Positions 53,046 through 64,000 of a stretch of DNA of 64,000 nt are shown here, in pieces. The translations under genes were made by a program, and so were the position numbers. Within the stretch, counting starts at the first letter, position 1; the number at the start of each line of letters is the position of its first letter. This DNA comes from Sphyrna mokarran (lineage: Eukaryota), in NCBI GenBank assembly GCA_024679065.1, contig JAGIQG010000020.1, positions 8,060,001-8,124,000 of the forward strand. Reading direction: 5' to 3'. The notes beneath the pieces were generated by a model. That model searched no databases. It was not told where the DNA came from and saw only the letters and a program-made list of their open reading frames with translations.

Positions 53046-53206
53046 AAAGACTCCTGTACTAACAAAATACCTTCAGTTTTTATTACCAACAGAGCCACGG
53101 CTGACAATTACTGATGTAGAGATGCCGGCGTTGGACTGGGGTAGTAAGAACTCAGTAAGAATCTAGCAACACCAATTTTAAATCCAACCGATTTACGTGA
53201 TAGTAA

Positions 53207-53245
53207 ATTTGCGAGCTTTCAACACTCTGTCTTCGTCAGGCAAAT
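53207..53245 (-). ncRNA. Minimal type I hammerhead ribozyme motif (PLE-borne)
   Basis: AUUUGC CUGACGA A GAC AGAGU GUU GAAA GC UC GCAAAU: 6-bp stem I, 3-bp stem II, palindromic AGCU stem III. Confidence 0.7.
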
Positions 53246-53457
53246 GCAGTGTTCTGGTCTGCAATAGCACACATATCAACACAGACAGTTACAGATTGCT
53301 GATTAGAATGCGAATCCTTACATCTAACCTGCTATTCAAGTGTTAAAGTGGCTAACAATGTGTGTGAAGGGATCCTGAGCATTGTTAGAGAATTGTGTAT
53401 TTTCTCCAGACAGCACAGTAAGTGAGGTTTTTTGCTAACCCAGGCAAGTTACGGGGG

Positions 53458-55185
53458 TTACAGATAGTGTGTCATGAAGCCAAGATCCCTGTTAAGACCG
53501 TCCTCATGTGTGCGGACCTTGGCTATCAGTCTCTGTTCAGCGACTCTGCGCTGTCGTGTATCACGAAAGCCCCCCTGAAGAACATTTACCCGCAGGTCGG
53601 AGGCCGAATGCCCATGACTGCTGAAGTGTTCGCCCACAGGAAGGGAACTGTTTTGCCTGGTGATTGTTGAGCGATGCTCATTCATCCGCTGTCGTAGTGT
53701 CTGCATGGTCTCCCCAATGTACCACGCTTCGGGACATCCTTTCTTGCAACGTATTAGGTAGACAACATTGGCCGAGTTGCAAGGGTATGTACCGTGTACC
53801 TGGTGAATGGTATCCTCACGTTTGATGATGTCGTCCATGTCTATGATCCGGCATGTCTTGCAGAGGTTGCTGTGGCAGGGTTGTGTGGTATTGTGGTCAC
53901 TGTTCTCCTAAAGGTTGGGTAGTTTGCTGCGAACAATGATCTGTTTGAGGTTGTGCGGTTGTCTGAAAGCAAGAAGTGGGGGGGTGGGGATGGCCCTAGT
54001 GAGATGTTCATCGTCATCAATGATATGTTGAAGACTCCGGAGAAGATGTCATAGCTTCTCCGCTCCGGGGAAGTACTGGACAACAAAGGGTACTCTGTCC
54101 ACCGTGTCCCGTGTTCATCTTCTGAGGAGGTCAGTGCGGTTTATCGCTGTGGCATGTCAGAACTATCGATCGATGAGTCAAGCGCCATATCCTGTTCTCA
54201 CTAGGGCATCCTTCAGCGTCTGGAGATGTCTGTCACGATCCTCCTCATCTGAGCAAATTCTGTGTATACGGAGGGCTTGTCCATAGGGAATGGCTTCTTT
54301 AACATGTCTAGGGTGGAAGCTGGAGAAGTGGAGCATTGTGAAGTTGTCTGTCAGTTTGCGGTATAGCAAGGTGCTGAAGTGACTGTCCTTGATGGAGATG
54401 CGTGTGTCCAAGAATGCAACTGATTCTGGAGAATAGTCCATGATGAGTCTGATGGTGGGATGGAACTTGTTGATATCATCATACAATTGTTTCAATGATT
54501 GTTCACCATGAGTCCAAAGGAAAAAGATGTCATCAATGTATCTAGTATATAACCTTGGTTGAAGATCTCGTATGGTGAAGAAGTCTTGTTCGAACCTGTG
54601 CATGAAGATGTTGGCATACTGAGGTGCGAATTTGGTCCCCATGACTGTTCCATGTGTCTGGATGAAAAGCTGATTGTTGAAGGTGAAGACATTGTGGTCC
54701 AAGATGAAGCAGATGAGTTGTAAAATTGCATCCGGAAACTGGCAGTTGTTGGCATTGAGTACTGAAGCAGTTGCAGCAATACCATCATTGTGGGGGATGT
54801 TGGTGTAGAGCGCCGAGACATCCATTGTGACAAGGAGTGTCCCTGGTTCAACTGCTCCATGTGTGCTGAGTTTCTGTAGGAAGTCCGTAGTGTCAAGACA
54901 AAAGCCGGGGGTTCTTTGTACAATGGGTTTCAGGATGCCCTCGATATAGCCAGAGAAGTTCTCACACAAGGTCCCATTGCCCGATACAATGGGACGGCCG
55001 GGTATGTTTGCCTTGAGTATCTTTGGGAGGCAGTAGAGATCTCCAATGCGGGGAGTACGTGGAATGAGAACCCGGAGGGTGTTCTGAAGGTCCAGATCAA
55101 AGGTTTTGATCAGAGTGTTGAGTTGACGAGTGTGTTCTTTGGTCAGATCTGCTGGTAACTGTCTGTAGTGTTTCACATTGTTTAG
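53458..55185 (-). pseudogene. PLE RT/GIY-YIG ORF, disrupted
   Basis: Long open RT segment, in-frame TGA at 54178 and further breaks before the endonuclease segment 53458-53838. Confidence 0.85.
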
Positions 55186-55663
55186 TTCACATTGGGGAGA
55201 CCATGCAGACACTACGACAGCGGGTGAATGAGCGTCGCTCAACAATCACCAGGCAAAACAGTTCCCTTCCTGTGGGCGAACACTTCAGCAGTCATGGGCA
55301 TTCGGCCTCCGACATGCGGGTAAATGTTCTTCAAGGGGGCCTTCGTGACACACGACAGCGCAGAGTCGCTGAGCAGAGACTGATAGCCAAGTTCCGCACA
55401 CGAGGACGGTCTTAATAGGGATCTTGGCTTCATGTCACACTATCTGTAACCCCTGTAACTTGCCTGGGTTAGCAAAGAACCTCACTTACTGTGCTGTCTG
55501 GAGAAAATACACAATTGTCGAACCAATGCTCAGGATTCCCTTCACACACATTGTTAGCCACTTTAACACTTGAATAGCAGGTTAGATGTAAGGATTCGCA
55601 TTCTAATCAGCAATTTGTGACTGTCCGTGTTGATATGTGCGCTATTGCAGACCAGAACACTGC

Positions 55664-55702
55664 ATTTGCCTGACGAAGACAGAGTGTCGAAAGCTCCCAA
55701 AT
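55664..55702 (+). ncRNA. Minimal type I hammerhead ribozyme motif, second arm copy
   Basis: AUUUGC CUGACGA A GAC AGAGU GUC GAAA GC UC CCAAAU: stem II perfect, one mismatch in stem I. Confidence 0.65.
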
Positions 55703-55772
55703 TTACTATCAAATAAATCGGTTGGATTTAAAATTGGTGTTGCTAGATTCTTACTGAGTTCTGACAATTACT

Positions 55773-56158
55773 TCACAGTAAGAAGTCTCACAACATCAGG
55801 TTAAAGTCCAACAGGTTTATTTGTAGCAAACACCATTAGTTTTCGGAACAGGCTGTTCCTTCATCGGGGGATGGGAGTTCTGATCACAAACAGGGCATAT
55901 AAAGGCAACATCTCAATTTACATGAGTAATGATTGGAATGTGAGTCTTTACAGCTAATCAAGTCTTAAAGGTACAGATAATGTGAGTGGACAGAGCATTA
56001 AGCACAGGTTAAAAAAAAGTGTATTGTTTCCAGACAGGAAAATTAGTGAGATTTTGCAAGTCCAGGCAAGTTGTGGGGGTCACAGATAGTGTGACATGAA
56101 CCCAAGATCCCGGTTAAGGCTGTCGTCATGTATGCGGAACTTGGCTATCAGTCTCTGT
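55773..56158 (-). mobile_element. Second-family Penelope-like 3' fragment abutting the TSD
   Basis: End of GIY-YIG (RLIAKFRIHDDSLNRDLGFMSHYL) plus 3' UTR; core CCGATGA A GGAACA GCC TGTTCC GAAA. Confidence 0.8.
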
Positions 56159-56327
56159 TATTTAACAGAGGGATAGATCCAAATATATTATTCAAACAAA
56201 TAAGTGAAGAAATAATATGGAAGCAGTAAAATATTGCATTTTTTTTAAAAATAGAATAACATAGCAAAGGAATCACAAGGTGAACTTGAACATGCTTTTA
56301 TGCTTGGATCAGCAAGAATGGATGAGA

Positions 56328-56341
56328 CTGCCATCTAGTGT
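56328..56341 (-). promoter_or_regulatory. Candidate CTCF site (ACACTAGATGGCAG on minus)
   Basis: One mismatch to CCACTAGATGGCAG. Confidence 0.3.
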
Positions 56342-56634
56342 AACTCAGATCAATTTAGTTAAAAGATATTCATAAGTGCATTTTATTCAGCAGAACTGGT
56401 TTTGGGTTACGAAAACAGACAGAATCTCTCATATTGGATCTTGGATATCAATTCCACACCAAATAAGCACAGCAAAACGTCAGCCCCAGACAACTGTGGA
56501 AGCTCAGTCACTGAGTTTAACCAAACAGATTAATGATAGGGATAGAGCCTGGGTAAGATGCTCTTTCAGAGAGTCGGTGCAGACTCAATGGGCTGAATGG
56601 CCTCCATCTGCTCTGTAGGGATTCCACGATTTGA

Positions 56635-58020
56635 GGATAGCACAGAAAAAGTAGCCATTGGGTTCCTTGAGACTGTGCTACTTCCCTGTGCTATCCCCAC
56701 ATCTCTTGAAGCCATTAGTCTACTGATTTCTGTTTTGAAAATACTCAGCGTCTGAATTTCTATAGCTCTTTAGCGACAAGAGAATTCCAAAAATTTATCA
56801 CCTTGGAGTGAAGAAATTCCTCCTCTTTCAGTTTTACGTGGTCTGCCCCCTACTCCAAGATTGTCCCTTGATTTGAGGTTCTCCATGCAAGACAAACATC
56901 TTACCTATATCCACCCCTCTCATACTCCACCCCCTTTTAAAAATTTTGAAAGTTTCAGTGAGACCACCTCCTATTCCTTGAAATTCTAGAGAATGCAGGC
57001 ACAGTTTCTTCAATATCTCCTGATAACTCAATCCTGCCAGCTCAGGAACCTGTTCGGCCATTCATTAAGATCATGGCTGATCCAACATTCCTCAGGTCCA
57101 TTTTCCTGTCCTTGCTATCTCTATAACCATCTCCTTTAACTCTCTGAGACATAGCCCATCAGGTCCAGGGATTTATCAACTTACAATCCAATTAATTTTG
57201 AGTGTTTACCTCTTTGATAGTACTGATGTCTTTCAGTTTTTCATTTTCATATGCCCCCTTCTTGAAGACAGACGCAAAGTAATTTTTAGTTCTCCGTTAT
57301 TTCCATATTTTCCATTCTAAATTCTCCAGTCTGCACCTCTAATGGACTCATATTTGGTCCTTCTAATCTTTTCCTTCTCACATATTTAAAGAGGCTTTTA
57401 CAGTCCACTTTTATGTTTCTCACTAGCTTGTATTTATATTCTCTTTTCCCTTTCTCTATCATGGTTTATCTTTGCTGGATCCTAAATTGCTCCAATCCAT
57501 AGGCTTACTACTTTTTCTGGAAATCTTATCAACCACCTCCTTTCATACAAAGCAATCTTTAACTTATTTTGTTAGCCAGGATTGATTCATCTTTCCTGTT
57601 GGATTTTTGCATCTTAAAGGAATATATGTTTGTTACAGACTTTGTAATGCTTGTTTAAATACTAACTATTGCCTACAAAACATCAGTTAGTGCATTTTCC
57701 CAATCCACCAGAGACAGCTGCTCCTCATAACTTCATAGTTTTCATTGTTTGGATTTAATACTCTAGTTTCAGAATGAACTACATTACTTCAATCTTAATG
57801 TAAAATTCTATTAGATTATGGTCACTATTTCCGAAAGGCTCCTTTACATCAAGGTGATTAATCAATCCTCTTAAATTACATAATACTAAATCTAAAATAG
57901 CCCAACCCTTGTTAGTTCTTCAACATATCACTCCAGAAACCCAATTCGTACACACTCCACACCGTATTAGTGTAATTAATGTTTACCCTATACATGTATG
58001 TGAATTGAAGTCACCCATTA
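56635..58020 (-). mobile_element. Degenerate CR1 LINE fragments
   Basis: VPELAGLSYQEIL..L.LHSLEF...LTETFKI. Confidence 0.65.
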
Positions 58021-58959
58021 TTGTTGTATTAGTGTGTTTTGCTGATCATTTCCTCTTATTATTTCACTAATGTTTCAATGAATAATTTCCTTTGTTTTCC
58101 TTCAGAATAATGCCATGGGGTATTTTACATTTACCAGAGCAAGTACATGGGGCCTTGGTTTAACATCTCATCTGAAAGACAGCACATCTGACAATACAGC
58201 ACACCATCACTTCTGTACTGGAGGCTCTCTACTGGAGTCAAGCCCTGGAGAGGGTCTTGCACCCAAGCACCTTGTTACTCGGAGGCCACAGTGTTAGCTA
58301 CTGAGCCGTACATGACATTCTCCACAGCAACAATAAAGTGGAGCAGACTTTGTATGCTTCTATTTCAGCACTTCAAGATACAGCTGTCTTTACTTCTGTT
58401 TTTTTTAACCATTTCAAGAGACCTAGTAACAGTCCCCAAGAACTCCCAGGTCAATAGCCGAAGAGTAAAGATCTTTCTGCACTGTTGCAATCACAGAAAA
58501 TCAGCCCTCAGCTACATTGTGACACATCTAGTTGTCATTTTTGAGACCACTAAGATTACTAAGAAATTAGAGGTTGGTCTTGTCCGGTGACATGTTTATG
58601 ATAGGAGATGACCCTTTCAAGTCAACAGAGAAGTTTTCCATTCCATCCATTTGACCTGGATTGACCCCTTGATCTCAAATATCAGATATACTTCTGGCTC
58701 CCTTTTAAAGGGAAATAGTTATTTTTTGGATGAAATCTAAATCAACCAGAAACCTTAACAGCTTTTCTCTCCTCAGATGCTCAGGAGCTGCTGAACATTT
58801 TCAGCAGTTTCTGATTTCTGTTATTATTACAGCAACAAGCAGGTCAGCCATGACTTCATTAAATGATGGAGCAGGCTCAAGGGGCAAATGGCCTACTGCC
58901 ATCTCACATGTTCATTTTTCAGAAAATCATTCAAAAGGTATGAGCATTCATTGTCCATC

Positions 58960-59625
58960 CTCAATTGTCCTTGAGAAAGTAGTGGCAAGCTGTCTTCTTG
59001 AACCATCAATGGTACAGTTAGACCCACAGCGCCGTTACAGAGGGAGTTTCAAGATTCTGATGCAGCAACTGTAAGGGAACAGTGAGAGATTTCCAAGCCA
59101 GGATGGCGAGTGGCTTTTGGGGGGGAAACTTCGAGATGATGTTGTTCCCAGGTATCTCCTGGTGGCAGAAGTTAAGGGTTTGAAAGATTCGGTCTGAACA
59201 GCCTTGTTAAGTTTCTGCAGTGCATCTTGTAGATGGTGTACATTGCTGCTACCATAAGTTGGTGGTGAAGATGGGTGTTCATGGATAGGGTAGTAATCGA
59301 ACAGGCTGCTTTGTCCTAGATGGTATTGAGTTTCTTGGGTGTTGATGAAGCTGCATTTATCCAGGCAAGTGGAGAACATTCTATCATACGCCTGACTTGT
59401 GCCATGTAGATGGCTGACAGGCTTTGAGGAGTCAGGAAGCAAGTGACTCGCTGCAGAACTTCTAGACACTTCTTGAACCACTGCATGTGATACAGTTACA
59501 CCCCCAGTGCTATTACAGAGGGAATTTTAGGACTTGGCAAAAGTGCAAAAACAGTGCGAGATTTCCAAGCCAGAATGGCTTGGAGGGGAATCTCAAGGTG
59601 ATACTGTTCTAGGTAGCCACAGTAT
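58960..59625 (-). mobile_element. L2/CR1-class LINE remnant
   Basis: Homologous to 18500-18950. Confidence 0.55.
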
Positions 59626-59634
59626 TTATATAGA

Positions 59635-59970
59635 CTCATAGAATTATAGAAACCCTACAATGCAGAAAAAGGCCATTTGGTCCATCAAGTCTGCACCGGC
59701 CACAATCCCACCCAGGCCCTACCCCAATATCCCTTCATATTTACCTGTTAATCCCTGTAACTTATGCAGCTAAGAGGCAATTTAGCATGGCCAATCAACT
59801 AACCCGCACATTTTTCGGAATGCGGGAAGAAACCAGAGCACCTGGAGGAAACCCACACAGACACAACGAGAAGGTGCAAACTCCACACAGGCAGTGATGC
59901 AAGCAGAGAAACGAACCCAGGTCCCTAGAGCTGTGAAGCAGCAGTGCTAACCACTGTGCGACTATGCCAC
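59635..59970 (-). mobile_element. HE1-like SINE
   Basis: SINE head and core. Confidence 0.8.
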
Positions 59971-61727
59971 CTGGTTGATCTAACTCAGTTTCTGGTTAGT
60001 GGCAGGCACAAGGATGTTTTTCTGCCGTATTTTCTGGTTGAATTAATTATCTTATTTTTGTTCAGCTGCAGTACTAATTGCTTGCCCGTAGATGCCACTG
60101 TTGCTCTATTACAATCAACACTGTTCAGCAGATTCTTTCCTCGAGTGGGGGAGGGGAATAAAGAGCTTAGTTATCTCAGCAAAACTGAGAATTCTTGATG
60201 TTTGGAAACTCACTGATCAATTAACTATCAGAAAACCTGTATTGGTGTACATGCTTAATTTGTTCATTCACAGTATCCATTTATCCAATGAATGTGTCAA
60301 AGAAAATACCAAGAACTCGAACTATAAAAGATCCAAGGCCGTTTGAAATGCAGGAATTCAACTGTGTGCTGCAGCTGGTTAAAAGCACTGCAGAAACACA
60401 GGAAAACATTTTGTCATTTAAGGAATGAGGCAAAGGATTAAAATAAAATTTCACCCAAAGATCTGGATCAGAATAAGGTTACATTTCTGGAAAAAAAAAA
60501 AGCACCAAAATTAATTTACTACTTTGTATGTAACCCTGTGGTTTTTAGGCTGAGGATTAGTACAGCAGCAACAAAGAGAACCAAATTTGGTCAACTCTAA
60601 TTCAGAACTTCAACACACATCTGCTTTTCCTTCCATCTGTGTGTACTTATGTTATTAATGGATCTTCAGTGGCTTTGTGACAGCCTCAGGCACTCCCAGA
60701 TCATAACCGCAAAGAGTAAATATCGTTCTGAGACTGTTCCAGTTTCAGAAATGCACCTCTCGATTGCACCAATGTGAAACATCACGTTGTTACTTTGAGA
60801 TCTAATAGGGGCCACTAATGTTAGCAACAAATGAGAGGTTGATCCTGCACTATGATCTGTTTATCACGGCTCCTGAATCCTTAAAGTCAATTCTTTATTT
60901 TAATTTTTTTTTATTCCATCCTTAGAATTAGAAAGCTAATGCTCAGAATGAATTTAACAAACACAAATCTATTCCCTACACATTACAAATTCTAAATCTA
61001 ATTGAACCCTATTCACAATCCTTAGAAGACAGACATACAAGATCCAAGCTGACAAGATGAGGCACTGCACTTTATCATGGGCTTGATCCGACAACGCTTG
61101 ATATTAACCTTGCAAAGAATCCTGAAAGTCAGCAGAGAAGTTTTCCATTCCATCTGCCTGAACTGGATTCAAACACAAGCAATGGCACCAGATACACTTC
61201 TGGCTTGCCTTTAAATGGGATTAATTACCTTTCTGATCAAAGGTCACAATTTAAAATGTCAACTGTTTCTAACTTTACAGATGCTGCCAGGCTTGCTGAG
61301 TATTTCCAACATTTCCTTTTTTTTCAGCATCCGCAGTATTATCTTGTTTCTTCAGTTCCTGCAGTACTAATTTCTTGCCCCTAGATGGTAATGTTGCTCT
61401 ATTCTAGTTTCCACTGCCCAGTTGCACCTGTTTTTGGGTCATGCTCCTTCCTTTTGATGGGGGAGGGGAACAACCGTGTTCTGCTTCGCTAGACTTTCTG
61501 CGGTACATTACAAACAACCCCAGGCAACAAATGTTTTTTTGCTTTTGTGAAGCACTAATGAAATATCCAGGTTGGGATGAACTAGACTTCCTCACTCTCT
61601 AAATGACCAGATTGACAAATTAAATAAGGAGCATTATGCTCTGTGGCTAATGCGAGTTGGGTTTGTACGCCCATGTATCTGTGTACTACTGTTCAAATCC
61701 AGTCGTGTTCAATCTTGTGCACCTTAC

Positions 61728-61919
61728 CCGTCTTTGTTGGGGGTATCCTCAGCTGACTTTGCGGTGGCTGGTGCAGGATCCTGAGTTAGTTTAGTAGAGA
61801 CGGACTTGGCAGCATTAGAGTCTGAGGAAGGCTGAGGCTGGCTGATCTGTGAAGGCAGCACTGACCCTGGAAGTGCCCCTGCAATGGGTACACTATTAAA
61901 AAAAGCAGTCGAAAAATCC
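61728..61919 (-). CDS. HIRA: HIRA exon (DFSTAFFNSVP...TPNKDG), most 5' exon found in the window
   Basis: AG/GT boundaries, 192 bp; conserved DFSTAFFNS. Confidence 0.93.
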
Positions 61920-62774
61920 CTAATAACAGAAAACAAAAAGCAGTTTATGAGACTACATGATGATTTTTGAGTAATTGAACACTGCATTAGAATGAGTCAA
62001 ATGATAACAATAATCCTATGGAGTTCAATAATTCAAAACTATTACTTACAGATTCCAAACACAGATATCTCCAATTGCTTTACCTTGAATTCAGCCTTTC
62101 TAGGGATCTGGTCTATCCTTTGCTACAGTGCAGATCTATAAAGCTAGCTAGATAGTGGATGTTCATGAAGCTTTTAAAGACACTTGCAGCACACAGCCCT
62201 CGCAGACAGGGGTGGAATCAAAAGGATGACATGGAGTGTGCAAAATGGCAGAGTGGAAAATTCCATAATAATATTTATTTATTTGCTGCATAAAAAGATA
62301 TTATCTAAAAGCAGACACCAAACAAGCAAGCTGCTGCTCCTGTTTGCTTCTCAGATAATCCTTTAATTTTCTGAGAGGCTTGTCACCTTTGGCACTTGGA
62401 ACCTGACAAAACCATCATCTGGATCCCCTATTGCCACTCTGCACTTTCCCCAACAATCCCCCGACAAATGCACAAGGAACAGTATCCCACTAATATCTCC
62501 AGCAATGAAAGCAACCACATTGCTTAATTAGCGTCATGAGGAAGGTTCCAATTCGAAGTCAGATCACCAACAGCGCTCATGGTGGGGAGACATGGGCAGC
62601 AAATTGAAAAAGAGGCATTTCCCTCACACCATCTTTTTCTGCAGCTCAACAAAAAGGTTAATCAGTTAAGCATCACAAGAATCCTTGGGATGAATGGACC
62701 AAGTCCAGACATTGCTACTACTGAATAAACACACAGAGGGACAAGTCCACTGAGTCCTGCTTCACAAAAAAAAG

Positions 62775-62930
62775 ATAATGCTACAAAATCTCACCAGGTC
62801 TGACAGCATCTGTGGGGAGAGAATAGAACCAACATTTCGAGTCTGGATGGCCCTTCATCAGAGCTGAGAGCAAAGAGAATCAGCACAGATTTATATTATG
62901 AGGGCGGGGATGGAATGGAACAAAGGAAAC
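62775..62930 (-). mobile_element. Short repeat carrying a hammerhead-like core (62827-62866)
   Basis: Minus: AGCT CTGATGA A GGGCC ATCCA GACTC GAAA TGTT GGTT...CAGATGCTGTCAGACC; related tails at about 58770 and 61280. Confidence 0.55.
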
Positions 62931-63489
62931 ATCAATGAGGATACAGAAGGCTGAGAAGGTACTAAAAGTGTCCCATAAGTTTTCATTTCCACTCCTATAA
63001 AGAGATTTTAAAAGTTCTGGAATAAAAACTCAGCAAATTGATCCAGGCTAATAATTATCTCTGTTGAAAAGACATAGTTGGGAAGATTGGAATAAAAAGG
63101 GAATTAACTGAGGGAGAAACACATAGAACAAGCTACAGGGGTAAGTGGAATCAAGAAACAACCAATTGTATTCCCGTAGGGAAACTGAATTGAAGACTAT
63201 GATAAGCCCAAGATCAAAGAGTTTTGTTTCTTCCACCGAGAAGCTTTTTGAAATTTGAATCTTTCACCTGCCCTGAGAACATTTGTATCTGAGACCTTCA
63301 GCCACTTTGCAATCCCTCCCCAAACCCCTCTGCTTTATCCTACTTCAAATGCCCCCCAATCTTACTTCTTTTAGGATACAGATTAGCACAAAACTCCACA
63401 GTATGAATTTTAAAGTGACCATTAGTAGAACACGAACAGTATTCCAATTGCCATCAACATGAACAATTAATACACGTCACTTGAATAGT

Positions 63490-63790
63490 TTCACTTGCCG
63501 AACATATCAACATCTTAAAGCTTAAATCAGTCTATGATCATCTTTCTGGCTAGCAGCAGCCTACAAATAGCAATTAGATAGAATGGGTGATCGATGTTTC
63601 AGCAATATTATCTGAAAAGAATGTTGAACAAGTCTTTAAGAACCCCTGATCTTCTTTAAGATGTACCTGGGAGAAGACAAATGGCCTCTTTTTAATGTCT
63701 CTTACAGAGGAGTTGACTCTGACAGTGCAGCACTTCCTCAGCATTGCTATGCTCAAATCTTAGTGTGGCTTGAACCATGACTTTCTGATC
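63490..63790 (-). mobile_element. Deu-domain SINE remnant
   Basis: GACAGTGCAGCACTTCCTCAG...; homologous to 33250-33670 and 58080-58300. Confidence 0.5.
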
Positions 63791-63819
63791 CAGAAGTGAG
63801 TGTTTACCCGCAACTTGGA

Positions 63820-63995
63820 GTCAGTTTAGCTCAGTTGGCTGGACGGCTGGTTGGTGATGCAGAGCAACACCACTAGCATGGCTTCAATTCCCATACCAGC
63901 TGAGGTTATTCATGAAAGCTCCACCATCTCCACCCTGCCCTTACCTGAGCTGTGGTCACCTTGGGTTAAAATCACCATCAGTCAACTCTCTCTCT
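63820..63995 (+). mobile_element. tRNA-derived SINE of a different family
   Basis: TAGCTCAGTTGG A box and GGCTTCAATTCC B-box-like motif; no full cloverleaf. Confidence 0.55.
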
Positions 63996-64000
63996 AAGAG

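Larger units (their letters stand above)
53113..55760 (-). mobile_element. Penelope-like retrotransposon, 5'-truncated with inverted 3' duplication
   Basis: RT (GRPIVS, MDVSALYTNIP, GTVMGT, RYIDDIF) and GIY-YIG (NVVYLIRC...YIGET) on minus; inverted arms about 53149-53720 and 55189-55760; TSD CTGACAATTACT at 53101-53112 and 55761-55772. Confidence 0.95.

Noticed and set aside
63820-63900. tRNA gene
   Set aside because: A/B-box-like motifs only, no cloverleaf, and it runs into a SINE body.

Overview
Eukaryotic, repeat-rich genomic DNA. The HE1-type SINEs, CR1/L2 LINEs and Ig gene layout point to a cartilaginous fish, probably a shark. Two genes lie tail-to-tail. (1) On + (680-4272) is a complete, apparently functional immunoglobulin lambda-type light-chain cluster: octamer promoter, split leader, a V exon already joined to J with no RSS, and one C exon. 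(2) On - are the last 12 coding exons of the histone H3.3 chaperone HIRA (61919 down to the stop at 25209; poly(A) signal about 24465); its 5' part lies beyond the window. The rest is SINEs, CR1/L2/Rex1 LINE remnants and Penelope-like elements (PLEs). One PLE is young, with RT plus GIY-YIG, about 570-bp inverted arms, a 12-bp TSD and minimal hammerhead-ribozyme motifs. A 130-N gap at 15735-15864 lies between the two genes. Best leads: an atypical pre-joined lambda gene next to HIRA (echoing human 22q11), candidate B-cell enhancer and insulator elements, and hammerhead motifs on the HIRA pre-mRNA strand. Exon boundaries were read base by base; repeat boundaries are approximate, and family names come from recalled consensus sequences rather than database searches.
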